Below, one piece after another: positions 26,566 to 41,553 of a stretch of DNA of 64,000 bases. This DNA comes from Eledone cirrhosa (taxonomy: Eukaryota), in contig OZ024740.1 in the NCBI GenBank assembly GCA_964016885.1, forward strand, positions 185,814,001 through 185,878,000, given 5' to 3'. Under the pieces are notes generated by a model. The model made no database searches and had not been told where the DNA came from. It worked only from the letters and a program-made list of their open reading frames with translations. Position numbers and translations under genes: made by a program. Each line of letters begins with the position of its first letter. Position 1 is the stretch's first letter.

Positions 26566-27236
26566 TAAAAGGAATTCCAACTTTGTCTGATTTACTCGTT
26601 TTATTTACACTCCTTAAACATTCATAATGGTATTAGAATGAAATAGTATGGTAGAATATTAAATGTTAATTGTTAATTGAACAAGTACTTTAATGCTTTC
26701 GCAATATTCAGGTTCATATTGTGTGGTGACAGTCAAGTTTGCAATTTTCAACTTTCATTATATATATATATGCATATGTATGTATGTAAGTATGTATGCA
26801 TATATGTACATATATATTTATATATGTAATATCGGCAAACATTAGGGGGAAACAAGTTATTAACGCTTTGAAATGGAGGCTATGTTTATCACGTCCAAAT
26901 ATATTTACTTAGTTTCCTAAATATAAATCAAAGACGCGTATTTTTCTCTTTGATGAACACTTATTTGTTTCTGTTTGAAACTATATTCTTTTAACATTAC
27001 TTTCTATAATGATTGAACATGTAAGCCGTGGAAAGCATAAAACTGTCAAAAAAATATTTTAAACAATTGATAGATTTGTTGATTTGAAAATATCGACAAT
27101 AATTTTCAAACGTCACAGACTACAAATCAAATATATTAGATTCAATGTTTGTTTCATTGTATAGAATTATTTTATATTGACATTTGTGTAGTCACAAGAT
27201 GAAATAAGTAAAGTGTATATATATATATATATATAT

Positions 27237-27274
<38 letters not shown>

Positions 27275-27612
27275 GATTATATACCATTAATGCATTTGTC
27301 TCGAGTATTAAGGAACGTATATGTTAGAACTGCCTCAATGAATGTATATTTCTAATATGATCTCCCTCAAGGGTAATTTATGTGATTACTTCAATCAACA
27401 TATTCTAGATTAGAACATGTGTAGGATAAAGTTATCATTCATGTTAAATTATTAATGTATATATTCCTCTGAAAGATTTAGCAGTGCTTATAAATCAAAC
27501 CAAATGAATGTTTCTAAGCTTTTAAAAGGCTCAAGGAACCACTCAGTTGACTGCTAGCATTATCAACCAAGTTTACATCAAATTCCACTTAAAAGATACA
27601 TATCACAGATAA

Positions 27613-27792
27613 CTGTTTCTACTTTAGGCACAAGGCCAGCAATTACTCAGTACATTACTGGTATTTTATTTGATCGACCCCGTAAGGATGAAAGGCAAAG
27701 TTAACCTCGGCGGGATTTGAAATCAGATTGTAAAGGGACGTAATTATGCTAGAAAGCATGGCGTCCAACCCTCTACCGATACTGCCAATTCA
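27613..27792 (-). mobile_element. SINE (Meta-like core) with 9-bp TSD
   Basis: Family homology; CACAGATAA at 27604-27612 and 27793-27801. Confidence 0.92.
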
Positions 27793-29136
27793 CACAGATA
27801 ATGAAGTTTGTATTAAATAAAAAATATGGGACGCTAATGCTTAGCGAGCTTTTTTAATATCGGTCTGTTGTATCAAGCGCGTTGTTGGGCTAAAGAGCAA
27901 GAACAACTACATTATAAGCTCTCTCATATAATTAAGATAATTTTGTATTCTTGAATCTATAAATAACAAAAGTCGAGTTAGATGATTGCCTCTAGATATT
28001 CTTTCGTGCTCAAAACAAAACTGATTTAGTTCATAATCAAATTACTAGAAATATAGCATTCGTGTCTTTAACAGACATTAAATTATAATTTAAACACGTT
28101 AGGAAAATTTAATAATAGATTATTAGTTTATAAGAAAACTGCTTGTGTATAGAATATTCTTAATAATATTTCAGTGATCTTAGAAAACAATATGTCCTAC
28201 TCTATATTCTAGAAATAATATTTTTAGCTTGGCCCTGCGTTTCAGGCTTGTAAGTGGCTTCTCAATGCCTAGTACATTTCAAAGTGAATCATACACTTAA
28301 TTGAAATTGTGTAACACCTATGCTATTGTATATGCATAACAAACACATATACTGCTATTCACAATAGAAGTGCAAGAGAATGCACATATGTTATAAATTC
28401 ACAGTTACATATACATATATATATATATGTGTGTGTACGTGTATGTGTGCGTGTGCGTGCGTGTGTGTATATATATATACACACATTGTGCATGTGTGTG
28501 TGTGCATATACATATGTGTGTGTCTATGAATGTTTGATATGTATAGGTTTATAGGTGTATGTGTGCAAGTACCATTCCCATTAACATTTATTATGAGGTT
28601 TATATATATATGTTTGTTATTAGTTAATAATGCATTGTTATAATCATGGAATGCTTTCGAATAGCAAATATCGATCTTAATCAATTTGAAAGCTTTATAT
28701 TTTTTTAACACTTAGATTAGCCTTCTATATTAACACTGACATTGCAAATGCAAATACTATAATATATGTCAGTTCAGCATATTGCATCAAATGATTTTTA
28801 ACGGCGAAAGTATATTCGATTTGCCAATGACGTATTTTTAATATATTAAAGCTGCAAAAAGCTTAAAGGACTAAATGTAAAAGAAGGCTTAAAAATAAAT
28901 AATATACGAAGCAAATGCCGTAGCTATTAAAATTACATGTAGTTGGTGTGAAGAAAGGAAGTCATAACAAATATATTTCACTTGGATAGCCATTGACTGG
29001 AACGGACCTAGCCGGATTTCTCTAATACTAGAGTTTTCATGAAATGATACATGTATAGGGTTGAACCAATATCTCCTATATTATTAAATACATCTATTTT
29101 CCAAAAGATATCAGAACAAATATATAGATCTGGTGG

Positions 29137-29614
29137 CAAAATATCCTCCGTATCATCTCATTATTCATTGATGTGTTTGTGAATGTTTCGTTTTATATAA
29201 CGTAAAGAAATTCAGATTAAATATAGTCTCCAAATGTATGTTGTCATCTCTGAAGGGTTTAAACTTAATCACTATATTGTATCAAAAATACATCTGGCCT
29301 GTTTAGCTTAATATCAAGAATTTCAGAGAAACACGTTTATAAAGTGTTAGTGAGGAACGCAAGCACACACAGACACACGCACATAAAACACACTAGTATA
29401 CACATATACACATATACACAGACACAAATACGTATACACACACACATACACGCATACACACAAATTTGCAATGTACTTTTGTGCAAATACATAAAGGGAC
29501 TAATCTGCAGAATCTAACAAAGAAGCCATTAAACAGCTGATTGGAACCTGCTTCATTTCAAAGATCTTAGAGTATATACAAGTGTGTGTTTGTATGTCTG
29601 TGTGCATATGTGTG

Positions 29615-29656
<42 letters not shown>

Positions 29657-32600
29657 CACATATATGCACACAGAGACCCAAACACACACACACACACACA
29701 CATATTTATATATATATATATCTAGGGCGGGTAAAATTCCCGAGATCCATGGACGAGTTCTCTCATGCGGTCTCTGTCCCTCATTATCGCTGCCATGTCT
29801 TGCGTCTCCAACAGACCAGTGTCTGTCCTTAGGGCATCAACATACGTTAACCTTGTTCTTCCTCTTCCAGTGTGTCCATGTAGGGGCTCCCACAGGAGCA
29901 CTGAGTGCAATTCAACTCTGGATGTCGGTGAGCATGTCCAGCTAATCTCAGTCTCCTCTGTGTCACTTTTGAGCTGACTTTTGGCAGGCTCCCATACCGC
30001 TCTGAGTTTTTCATCCTCAGTGTACACTGATTAATATTCAGAGCCATCCTCAGCATTCTCGTGTAGCACCCATCCACCATCTGAATGAGTTTCTTGGTCA
30101 GTGTCCAAGTCTCAGACCCGTACAGCAGCACAGACTCCACTACAGCAATGAAGAGGCGGATTTTCAGTTATTTACGACGGTCCGACTTCTACACCGATCT
30201 CCAGCTGTGGCACGCCGCCCAGGCTTTGCTCTTCCTTTCAACCACATCATGTTCCGTATTCCCAATCTTTGCTCCCAAATACAGGAAACCCTCAACCAAT
30301 TCTAGCGGCTTCCCGCCTACATTAGTGATCCCCTCTGGCTTCTCAACATTCTCTACCAGATATTTTGTTTTAGTCTCATTCACTCTCAGCCCCACACTCA
30401 TCGACACAGTCTCAACCTCCCGCCTCAAATACTCTGCCTCTTTCATTGTATTTGTCATCAAAACTATGTCGTCGGCAAATTCAGCATCTGATACCTTTTT
30501 TCGCCTTAACCCTCCTGCTCTGAGCAGGTGCTACAGTATAGCCCGAGTCCTAGTGTTTCTCCAGTGCAAGGCGCATACAATAGTCCACTACGATGATACA
30601 AAGTTAGGGAGCTAATGTATCTCCCTGGAGCACTCCAGCCAGTATCTCAAAGAACTCTGTTATCCCATCATGTGTAATGACTTGGGCTTTGGTGTTTGTG
30701 TAGAGCAGTGATATCAGGTCTTCTATCTTCTTGGGGATTCCATAAGCCTGTAAGATCTTCATCAGGCAGTGACGGTCCACAGAATCAAAGGCCTTCCTAA
30801 AGTCAATGAAAACCATGACCGCAGGAAGGCACTTTGCTATAGCTCCCTTTAATATCCTCCTCAGCATCAGGATGTAACTGGTGGTTGATCTTCCCTCGCT
30901 GAAGCAGTTCCGGTTGTCCCTGAGCTTCTTCTCCATCTCAGGCTGGATCCTCTTAAGAATCATCCTGTTGAGGGTCTTTTCCACAAGTGACGTCAGTGAG
31001 ATCCCTTGTTGTTGTTGGTGTTAGAGAGATCTCCCTTCTTTGGCACTGGGACGATGGTACTGATCCTCCACTGATTCAGGGCAACTCCTTTCTCCAGTGC
31101 CCGGTTACAGAACTCCAGGATGATATCAAAATCACACCTCTTCATCACTTCTGATACCACTCCATCTTTTCCATGAGCCTTGAACCCCCCCCCCCCCCCC
31201 CATTGATCCTCTTCTTGGCTCTCTGAAGCTCTTCTCTGGTGAAGGGCTCTGTCTCAATATCCAGTTCCTCAAACAGCCGCCTGATCTCCCCAGTGCTCTG
31301 CGCTGTGGTGGGTGGCTCTCCTAGTAGGGTCCTAAAACGGTCTAGCCAGTTCCTCTTCCTATCCTCGGGCCCCGTTCCCTGGATTAGACTCTAACACATT
31401 CTCTTCCTCCCTGTGATCTCGTTGATGATCATCCAGCTCTCCTTACATCCTGACCTGTCAACCGCTCTCTCCACATTTCTGATCTTCTCTATCAGTGCCT
31501 CCTCTCTGGCCTCAATGTAAGCGGTACAGAGTTCTTCCCTCATCACCTCCACAGTCTCCATCCTCTCCTCCGTAGGATCAGCATAGAATTGGTCCTTGGC
31601 AGTTTCAGGTGTTCTCTGGCTGCACACCCATGTGGGTCTGCAGAGCTGACGTGCTTCCTTTTGTTCTTTCTCCTCGGCACCAGGGTCTCACTTGCTTCCG
31701 CCAGTGCATTGGTGAAGTGCCCATACCTCCTCGTCACACTCTTCTCAGTCCATCCAATATCTCTCCCCTCTGTCTCTCTACACAGAGCACTGGACCTGTT
31801 CCTCACTTCCACTGTTAACCTCTCCTGTAGCTTATCATCTTCCTTGAAAGCTCCCCAGTCATAGATTGCTCTCTGGGGCTGAGCCTTGCTCTTTCTTAAG
31901 CTCACCCGGACCTCACTCATAACAAGCCGGTGGTCACTACCCAGTGTACTGAAATAGTTGTATGGTTCTATGTTCAGAACACTATTCCGCCACTTTTTCC
32001 TTACCAGAATGAAATCAAATGTGACTTGGACAGGTGCATATCTGAGATGTAGGTCCACATCTTCCCCGGATTCTTCCTAAACCTTAGGTTGGTCGCTATC
32101 AAATTCGCCTCCAGCAGGGTGTCTCTCAGTAGTCTTCCATTTCGGTTGGAGTTGTTATGGAAGTACCAGCAAAGATCTTTACTGCTCTCCTTACTCAGAT
32201 GTGCATTGAAGTCCCCCAAAACAATCAGGATGTTGTGTGCTTGAGTGGTGTTGACAGCTCTACACCCTTCATCGTGGAACTCTTCCGCACTCACATCACT
32301 GTCCCCTTCGGTGGGACTATAGGCTGAGATGACTGTCAGTCTTGTGTGTCCATTGAAGGTCACCTTCAACACTCGCGTGGAGACAGGCATTATTTCCCTA
32401 ACCAATAGACTGGATTTTGTTCTGAAAACAAAGCCCACTCCTTCCACTGCAGCATTGATCATGTTCCTCACTGCCGATGTCGTGATGAGCTGGCTCCTCT
32501 TCCCAATCATCACACTCCTCACGGGCTCGTCGTGTAGGATCCTGTTTTCTTGGATCGCAAGTATCTCTATAGCACTCTCCTCGAACAGATGTTCCAACTC

Positions 32601-33522
32601 CTCTCTCTTCTCCAGCGTCCAAATAGTCCTCACATTCAGAGTGCCCATGTTGATGGCTCTTCTGCAGGACAAAACTGCATTCTTTATATTTGTCTCAGAG
32701 ACAGCTGATCCACCATCCACTGTCACTATCTGTGGCTTTAAGTCAGCAGAGTCATAACGACCAGACTGTTCGTTGACAGTGTAATTAGGGTCTCTAACCC
32801 TAGTGCTGTTAGATCGACTCTCCATATTTCTTTTCGATTTCTGACAATACCTTACCGGCGCCACTTGAATAAATGGAGCCCTAACAGGTACTACTACTCC
32901 GGGCCAGACCAGACCTGGAAGTTATGACAACTAAATAGTAACTCCAAATTCGCCAAAGCTCCTGAACTCCCGAAATGCAGCCTTACCACTGGATGTAGTT
33001 TAATGTCATACCCGTATATATATATATAGGCACACATATGCACACAGACATACAAACACACACTTGTATATACTCTAAGATCTTTGAAATGAAACAGGTT
33101 CCAATCAGCTGTTTAATGGCTTCTTTGTTATATTCTGCAGATAAGACCCTTTATGTATTTTCAGAAAAGTACATTACAAATTTGTGTGTATGCGTGTATG
33201 TGTGTGTATACACGTATGTGTATCTGTGTATATGTGTATATGTGTATACTAGTGTGTTTGTATGTGCGTGTGTATGTGTGTGCTTGCGTTCCTCACTAAA
33301 ACTTTATAAACGTGTTTCTCTGAAATTCTTGATATTAAGCTAAACAGGCCAGATGTATTTTTGATACAATATACTGATTAAGTTTAAACCCTTCAGAGAT
33401 GACAACATACATTTGAAGACTATATCTAATCTGAATTTCTTTACGTTATGAAAAACGAAACAAGTTCACAAACACATCAATGAATAATGAGATGAAAATG
33501 AGATGATAAGGAGGATATTTTG
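29137..33522. repeat. ~480-bp inverted duplication (29137-29616 / 33029-33522) bracketing the LINE
   Basis: Arm-by-arm reverse complement, e.g. CATCTGGCCTGTTTAGCTTAATATCAAGAATTTCAGAGAAACACG versus CGTGTTTCTCTGAAATTCTTGATATTAAGCTAAACAGGCCAGATG. Confidence 0.95.
29722..33014 (-). mobile_element. Near full-length, frameshifted RTE-group (RTE-X-like) LINE: APE endonuclease + RT
   Basis: APE motifs MGTLNVRT, AIQENR, SAYSPT, LGDFNAH, GSDHRLV. RT motifs FIDFRKAFDSV, GVLQGDTLAP, EFADDI, FLYLG, ESVLLYGSETWTLT, DGCYTRMLR. Both ends in (TA)n. Confidence 0.93.
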
Positions 33523-33532
33523 AACACTGCTG

Positions 33533-33935
<403 letters not shown>

Positions 33936-34085
33936 ATATGTTATAGGTTCGTGAGGCTGGCCGTTGCTTTAACGTGTACCAAACTCTATAATCTGACAAG
34001 TGATTGCAATACAGTTAGCAGATTTTGCAGCCATCATATATATATATATATACATATATGTGTGTGCGTGTGCGTGTGTGTGTGT

Positions 34086-34155
<70 letters not shown>

Positions 34156-34280
34156 GTGTGCGTGTGTGCGCGTGTGTGCGTGTGTATGTGTGTGTGTATG
34201 TGTGTGTGTGTGTGTGCGTGCGTGTGTGTATAGTGATATATATATATATATATATAGTGATATATATATATATATATATA

Positions 34281-34683
34281 TATTGTTATACTTGGGGAGG
34301 GTCATATTTGTGTAATATTGCCAGAATAAATAACAGAACACACTCACTGTTTGGTTGGTTTTCGCTTCTCGCTTCTGTGTCTTTTATATCGGTAATCTAA
34401 CTTACTCGGTCCTCAATGTTGCCATTGACTGACCGACGGTCAACAATAATACAGATACAATATAGACACAAACACATATATATAGGCTAATAAATTATCC
34501 TAAATCTTTCGTTGCACATCTGCAACATCGTCAGTGACGTTATATTTTCCTCCTGTTGTATTGTATGTCTACGCCATTTTTATTCAGTCTGTTATTAATT
34601 CTGGCAATATTACACAAATATGACCCTCCCCAAGTATAACAATATTTGTTTCGACACACGATTTCATATAAAAAACCTCGCAA

Positions 34684-34690
<7 letters not shown>
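34281..34690. mobile_element. Short PLE-type element with ~55-bp inverted ends and a hammerhead-like core
   Basis: 34281-34336 is inverted at 34588-34645; minus strand ~34495-34540 reads CTGACGA-T-GTTGCA-GATG-TGCAAC-GAAA; related end sequence at 63455-63495. Confidence 0.65.
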
Positions 34691-34718
<28 letters not shown>

Positions 34719-34734
34719 GAGAGAGGGAGAGAGA

Positions 34735-34827
<93 letters not shown>

Positions 34828-37047
34828 GGAACGATAGATAGTTATTTAAAAATAATTTTATAAGAAAAGAAGTCTCTCTGGATATTGGTTATTTGGTATA
34901 CGCTTGTAACATAATATAATTTTTGAAATCTGGCTACATGATAATGGATAATTATAGAAGATAGATAGTAAATAAACTCTCTTAATTTTAAATAACTTTT
35001 GAAACTACTTTTTCAAAGGAGTAAACTTTTACTTTAAAAAACGGTATATATCAACTGCGCGCTCCTGAAATTAATCATGATAGAATACATTATCCACCAT
35101 AAAAAGCATTTATAACATACATACTTTATTCTGAACCAAAAATGAAATTAGTATATCACTCTTCTCAATTAGCAATTAAGTATTTGAGTACTGTCAAAGA
35201 ATCAAGCCAATATTAAGAAGCATATACGACAGAAAAAGAAAGCTATATATCAATCTGGAACAACTTTTAGACTACATTAAAGATATACTTTTATGTGAAT
35301 ATAGAATATAATTAGAGTTGACAAAGTAAAAGAAATGGATGAAGATAAATATAATTACATTTTCTCAGTCATTATCTTGTATTTGTTGATGCATTATATA
35401 GAGGGTTTTTAACTTAATTATGTTTGAATAGCTTTAACTTTCAATAATGTATTTTACAGTGTTATAAACTGGCTAATTTCACAAAAGAATACACTAAGCA
35501 ATGTGCGTATTTTGCATACATGATACACAATATGAGCGACATTACACAATCGGTTGTTTCCTTCTGAAATAATAAAGTAAATCAGCTTGTTTTATTAATG
35601 CATCAATTTGCTACTTCGTTGTCAATCACCACAATGGGAAATTTTATAACGCCACCTTCAATCTCTAGACTCCCATATTCCATAATAAGCATTTACGTTG
35701 TAATGTAAGTGAATGATTCACGACAATGTAAGAGTTGTGATAAGAGTTTCATTTCGTCTATCATCAAATAATTTTGAATGTAACTTTAATACAAACAGTT
35801 CTTAGTCACTACATAATTGTTAGTCCTTAACAGGATGCAGCTACTTTGCATACAAGAACACCCTAATTTAGCTAGACTTCACAAAATCTAATAATATTTG
35901 AAGGTAACACATGTTATTCGGTAGTCTAAAATACGAATCAGTTGCAGATTATCTACAGATTTATCTCAAGATTCTATCTATTCTTGGGTAGAGTCGATCC
36001 TTACTTTTGTGAACACGGAATCCCCTTATTTGAAAGGATTCTGACCATGTCTGCCGCCTAATTATTATTCGATATCTGATGAGCATCTCCATACTGCAAT
36101 ACCCCATGGGACGTGGTTCCTTAATAACTTTTCTGCGTGTTGCCTGCATTATGTCAAGAGGACCCTTGTCTTTGACTAAGTTAAAGGGAATTACGATGCA
36201 TTCTCAACGTATACTGATTCTAGTCTGTGTCTTGCTACGATATTTCAAAGACTTATGTTTAAATTGCAGGGCTCGCAATGCATTAATTGCAAATTCAAAT
36301 TATACTAGAGAATATATTTCCTTTTACTATCGAGATTGAGTTTAATAACAGCTTAGTCAGGTAGAGCAGCGCGCCTATGATCCATCATTGTTTCAAGGGT
36401 GTCTCATGGGGTTGAGGAAAAGGTAGAAGGTCCTTCCCTAACCGAAAACACAACCCAAATGTTTACAACAAGACCCCAAGGAGATATATGATTTATAAAT
36501 AGATTTCCAGAAAACAAACGACATTTTTAACGTTTAAAACAGTGACCTGCTATTTGTGTTTGTTGTTCTTTCGCTGATCGTGTATCTGTTGTTTGAGATG
36601 GTGTTGGAAATATGAAACACGAAACTTCATAAAAAGAAAATTCATTCCGATTTCCTTTCCAAGCTTGATATTACAAAAAAATTCTGAATTGCATTTTTTC
36701 CAGAATATGATATAACAAAATAAAGAATTAATGCCAGAAAGTATGTTCTTAATGCAAAAAGTAAATCTGTATTGATCATATCTTGAAATTTTCTAAATTT
36801 ATTCATATTTTGTGCGCTTCACTATTTTAAACAAATAAGGCTTTTCTTTAAATCTTCTGGTACCCGGAGAGAGTTTGTCTAAAAAAAAACTGTATACAAT
36901 TTTATTATGGGAGTTTTTATATCAATGTCTAAACATAATTGAAACCATTATGACTTTCAAGTATGTGGATACTGACATAAATATATATTGACATTTCAAA
37001 TAAATACCCATGAAATATAGTGGTATAGAATGTCGTTTTCTTTTCTC

Positions 37048-37117
<70 letters not shown>

Positions 37118-38082
37118 TTAACAACGTGTTTGGATGCATTCCCATTCCATTCAGTCACATTCTACTTCCTATTTTATCGTATCTTTCCAGCTAACGATCT
37201 TATTCTTTTAACAAATTCGACTATTTATCTTTTGTTTTTCAATATCAGTGTCACATTACTCGTTTCATTCCGAGAGTGTAATTTTCATTCCTTCAAGTTA
37301 TTGACGTTTTCCCACAACCTGAATATTTTGCATTTGTTACTGAATTATCTGACGGGAATGTAACATCTGTGTGTATTGATCAATGGGATCGAGTTGCAAT
37401 GATATGCTGCAATATTAGCTCATTGTTATGATCAAAAAACAGTTTTCCAATGTATAAACACAGGAGATAAAATTCTCAATTACATCAGCATAATAGTGCT
37501 GGTTAATCGTTAGAGCTGTGGGGAAATCTTCAAGTTCAAGTAGGTTTCGTGCTATAGCTTGGTATCTATTTTGAATTCGATTTGACTGTTTCGTTGTTAT
37601 GACCATGCGATTGGATACAAATGCAATTACCCGATATACAATAGCTGAATATATTGTTCAAATATAGTATTTACGATATTCTACATTTGTCAAAATATCA
37701 CTGATTTAAATCTCGCATGTATTCATTAATCCAGAAATCCAGAAAATGTTATTATTTATTTTTTCATTATTTTTATCACTTCATCACTTCTCATACTTTG
37801 TTACTATTAGTATTTGAGTCCGATTCCCACAACACAGTATCTTGGGTAAGCTCTTCTTACCATAGGCTACCGTCCATCAGCGCCTTGTAATTTTGAATAA
37901 CTCGATGGAAACTGTTTAGAAGAGCCCCTTGTTCCGTTGATCGAAGAACTAGAACCCTCATAGTCGAAACCAGCCCGTTATTCCGTTACATACATATAGT
38001 ACAACGTCGTTGTTTGTTTGTATGTGTGTGTGTATGTGTCTGTATGAGTGTTACTGGCAGCGTTGCAACGGGTTTTACTAGT

Positions 38083-38680
38083 CTTCTTCTTCTTCTTCTT
38101 CTTCTTCTTCTTCTTCTTCTTCTTCGCCCACATATTTCTGAGGGTATCATCGTTGAAGAATCCTCAAACACCCGTTCCAACGGGTCCTATGAGATACAAT
38201 CGTCTCCAACTGATCCAGCTGGATCCCAAAGTGAGATCTAACCTTCTTGCTCGAGTCCAACCCCTAGGTCTCCTGCCGGTTGTTTTGACCTGTAAAATAT
38301 GTCCAACAATTATTTCCGGAAACATTCTAACCACATGCCCATAGTAACGGAGATGTGATCTCCCAATTCGGAGAAAGAGTGAGTCTACCTTTAGTGAGAC
38401 TCTGGTATCTGAGTTGCACACTCTACCGAGTAACGTTACTCCCAAAACCCTTCGGATGAATCCCATTTCAGCCGCTTGTATTCGTGATCATATTCGTTCG
38501 GTCATTACCCACGATGAACATAGGTAAGGATTGGCACGGATATCGTATTGAAGATTGCGAGTTTGGCTTTTATGGCTATCTCCCTCTTGTGGTTACTGAA
38601 TGGTGAAGCTGATGTATTACTGCACCAGCTACTGCAATTCTTACACTCAATTCAGCCTCCTGCCTTTCATCACTCGAGAA
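38083..38680 (-). mobile_element. RTE-clade LINE 3' fragment with (GAA)n tail
   Basis: WVMTERI*SRIQAAEMGFIRRVLGVTL..LRYYGHVVRM..GRRPRG; (CTT)n on + at 38083-38125. Confidence 0.88.
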
Positions 38681-38781
38681 CTCTAGTATATATAAAAGTT
38701 ACGGAGAAATGTTAATATCAGTGCAATGCGCATCCTTTGACATTCTCATTATACTTATATGTATACATTGACAGACACATA

Positions 38782-39348
38782 CAGTTGTTCATGCACAAAT
38801 ACCACTACTGGGATGAACAGATCTATGTTATTTCGCGATTGAGATAGATTTAATACTATTAAGAAAGCCATACGAATCGGAATCTCTAATCACATGATAT
38901 TGAAAGGCAACATGATGTCGAGGTTGGTCAATTCTTGGCATTTTTAGACATTCTCACTAGACCTGTCGCATTATGTGGTTGATTGGCAGTATTGGTAGAG
39001 GGTCGGACGCCATGCTTTCCAGCATAGTTACGTCCCTTTACGATCTGAGTTCAAATCCCGCCGAGGTTGACTTTGCCTTTCATCCTTACGGGGTCGATAA
39101 AATAAAGTACCAGTAATGCACTGGGTAATTGCTGGCCTTGTGCCTAAAGTAGAAACAATTATCTGTATACCGGGGCACTCATATAGAGTTGTTCATGCAT
39201 AAATACAGCTATTGGGAAGAACAGGTCTATATTACATCGTGATTGAGATGGTTTTACTATTATTAAGAAAGCCATACGAATCGGAATTCGTCATAACACA
39301 ATATTGAAAAGCACCATGGGGGTCGAGGTTCGTAAATTATTGGCACAT
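38782..39348 (+). repeat. Diverged ~160-bp direct repeat pair (38782-38942, 39188-39348) separated by a SINE
   Basis: Both copies carry AGTTGTTCATGCA..TATTAAGAAAGCCATACGAATCGGAAT..GTCGAGGTT. Confidence 0.85.
38974..39161 (+). mobile_element. SINE (Meta-like core), well preserved
   Basis: A box, B box, core and tail all present. Confidence 0.93.
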
Positions 39349-39399
39349 TGAAATGTCTTCAACAATGTTTTCTATAATCATTCCATTGTCAAGCATGCA

Positions 39400-40560
39400 T
39401 TCAAAGAAATATATTATTTAAATTTTGTTCGGTTGAAAAGATCATTAGCGTAATTTAAATTGCACAACGGACTAACAACACCAGCCATATTCAAGGTTAC
39501 AGTTCTGGTGTGGAGCACTCCCGCAATGTTGCAGCTGTTTAGAAGACTCAATTAGGTGATTGTATATAGTGTTTATGTCGTCGAACGTGTCAATGCAAAT
39601 TACGCTTTCTTCAATAAATATATTGATAATTTCTTCCTCACACAGAACAACAGACTATACAATATGGAAACACAGCGTATCTATCGACATTCAGACAATT
39701 ATCGATACACATGCCACAAAGTGAATTTGGGTCATTACTAAGGCGATCATGATTTCATGGCACAGTATCAGACAATTGTGCGTGACGACATTTGAATCAA
39801 ATCACATGTAATGCCGTGAGGCCAATTCATGTTTGAAAATTCAAATATGATTCGCACAAGGAATTTATTGAGCAAGCTGAAGCATGAAAAACCTGGAAGG
39901 ATCTGTTTGTTTATTTTTACGAGAAGGGCGTTGATCAGGACGAAAAGCACAGTCGAAGGTATGGCTGATTGTTATGCAAATACACTTAAATCCAACCAAA
40001 GGTTATGCACACAACGTGTCCAGAGGCTCTTTTGATTCTGGGTGTCTTGAGCAACAAGTGATATGTCTTGACTCCCCCTTCTTTCCTCAGAGCTTAAGGG
40101 CCATGCTGGATATAAGATGGCTTTGGATTTGGTTGCGAGGCCCTTAGATAGAATGGGTGAACATAAGATATCCTTAAACCTATCCAAAAGACTCAGCGCT
40201 CTCCAATAATATTAAAATGACGCAAGAAAATATTGAGTTGGAATCTCCATGATCACATGACCGAAACAATATGGCCTCCTAGCACCCCCGACCTGGATGC
40301 GTTGGACTACTGTGTATGATGCGTAGTCGTGGCCGAATAAAATCAATTCCCCATTAACAGTATAGAATATAACTAGCACAATGACCCAAATATATAAAGA
40401 TCGTCTGATTAGGTCTCGGCAACGTTTCAGACCTCGTATTGAACCAGTCATAGATGCTGACATTTGATCCAATAATGAGATGCATTAAGACGAATCTCCA
40501 AATTACTTATGCCAATCCTTCCTCAAATTAAGCTCTTCTTTCATGATTAGTGTATCAAAT
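39400..40560 (+). mobile_element. Decayed Tc1/mariner (DD37D/maT-like) transposase
   Basis: Across frameshifts: IVRDDI*IKSHVMP*GQFM, LLSKLKHE, DQDEK, ILGVLSN, DSALS, IWPPSTPDLDALDYCV*CVV, KDRLIRSRQRFRPRIEPVIDA. Confidence 0.82.
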
Positions 40561-40570
40561 AAAAGAGCAA

Positions 40571-40691
<121 letters not shown>

Positions 40692-40725
40692 TGTATGTAT
40701 ATATATATATATATATATATATGTA

Positions 40726-41195
40726 GCAGACGGCAACCACTCAACCTTAAAAAACTAATTACATAGGCAAAATTTACGACCAGCATGGAATCAATGCAAG
40801 TGACGAAATGCGGGGACCCTAGATGTGGAACCTGTGAACTCATCGAAGAGGGCAAACAGTTGTCCTTCAAAAACCATGATAATTTCAAGGCCGATGCAAA
40901 CATGAACTGCAAAACGAAAAACCTAATATATTGCGCAACATATCCACAGTGTAAAGAGTATTACATTGGGGAAACCGGAACGGGACTACATGATAGAGTC
41001 CGGGTACATAAACAACAAACTAAAGACCCCGCAGTCAGAAATACCACATGTAGCGCACACTTTGCATCATGCGGGGAGGGAAAATTCACACTCTTCCCTT
41101 TCTTCAAGATATGGTCGGATAACGAACATTTCCGCAGATATAAAGAAGAATTCTTCATTGAAAAATTTAAACCACTACTGAACACGAAAAAATGA
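40726..41195 (+). mobile_element. 5'-truncated Neptune-like PLE: Zn linker + GIY-YIG endonuclease
   Basis: RRQPLNLKKLI..KCGDPRCGTC..NCKTKNLIYC..CKEYYIGETG..RVRVH..EEFFIEKFKPLLN; begins at (TA)n. Confidence 0.92.
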
Positions 41196-41257
41196 ATTAA
41201 CACTCGGAGGTAAAATTCCATTTCACTAAACCCCCCCCCCCCTTCTTATGTGTACAC

Positions 41258-41268
41258 ATGAATATATG

Positions 41269-41339
<71 letters not shown>

Positions 41340-41472
41340 ATTTATGTGTATGTATGTGTGTATGTAGGTGTTTGTATGTGTATGTGTATGTGTATATATA
41401 TATATATATATATATAAATATATATATATATGTGTATATATATGTATATGTGTGTATGTGTCTGTATGTGTT

Positions 41473-41553
<81 letters not shown>

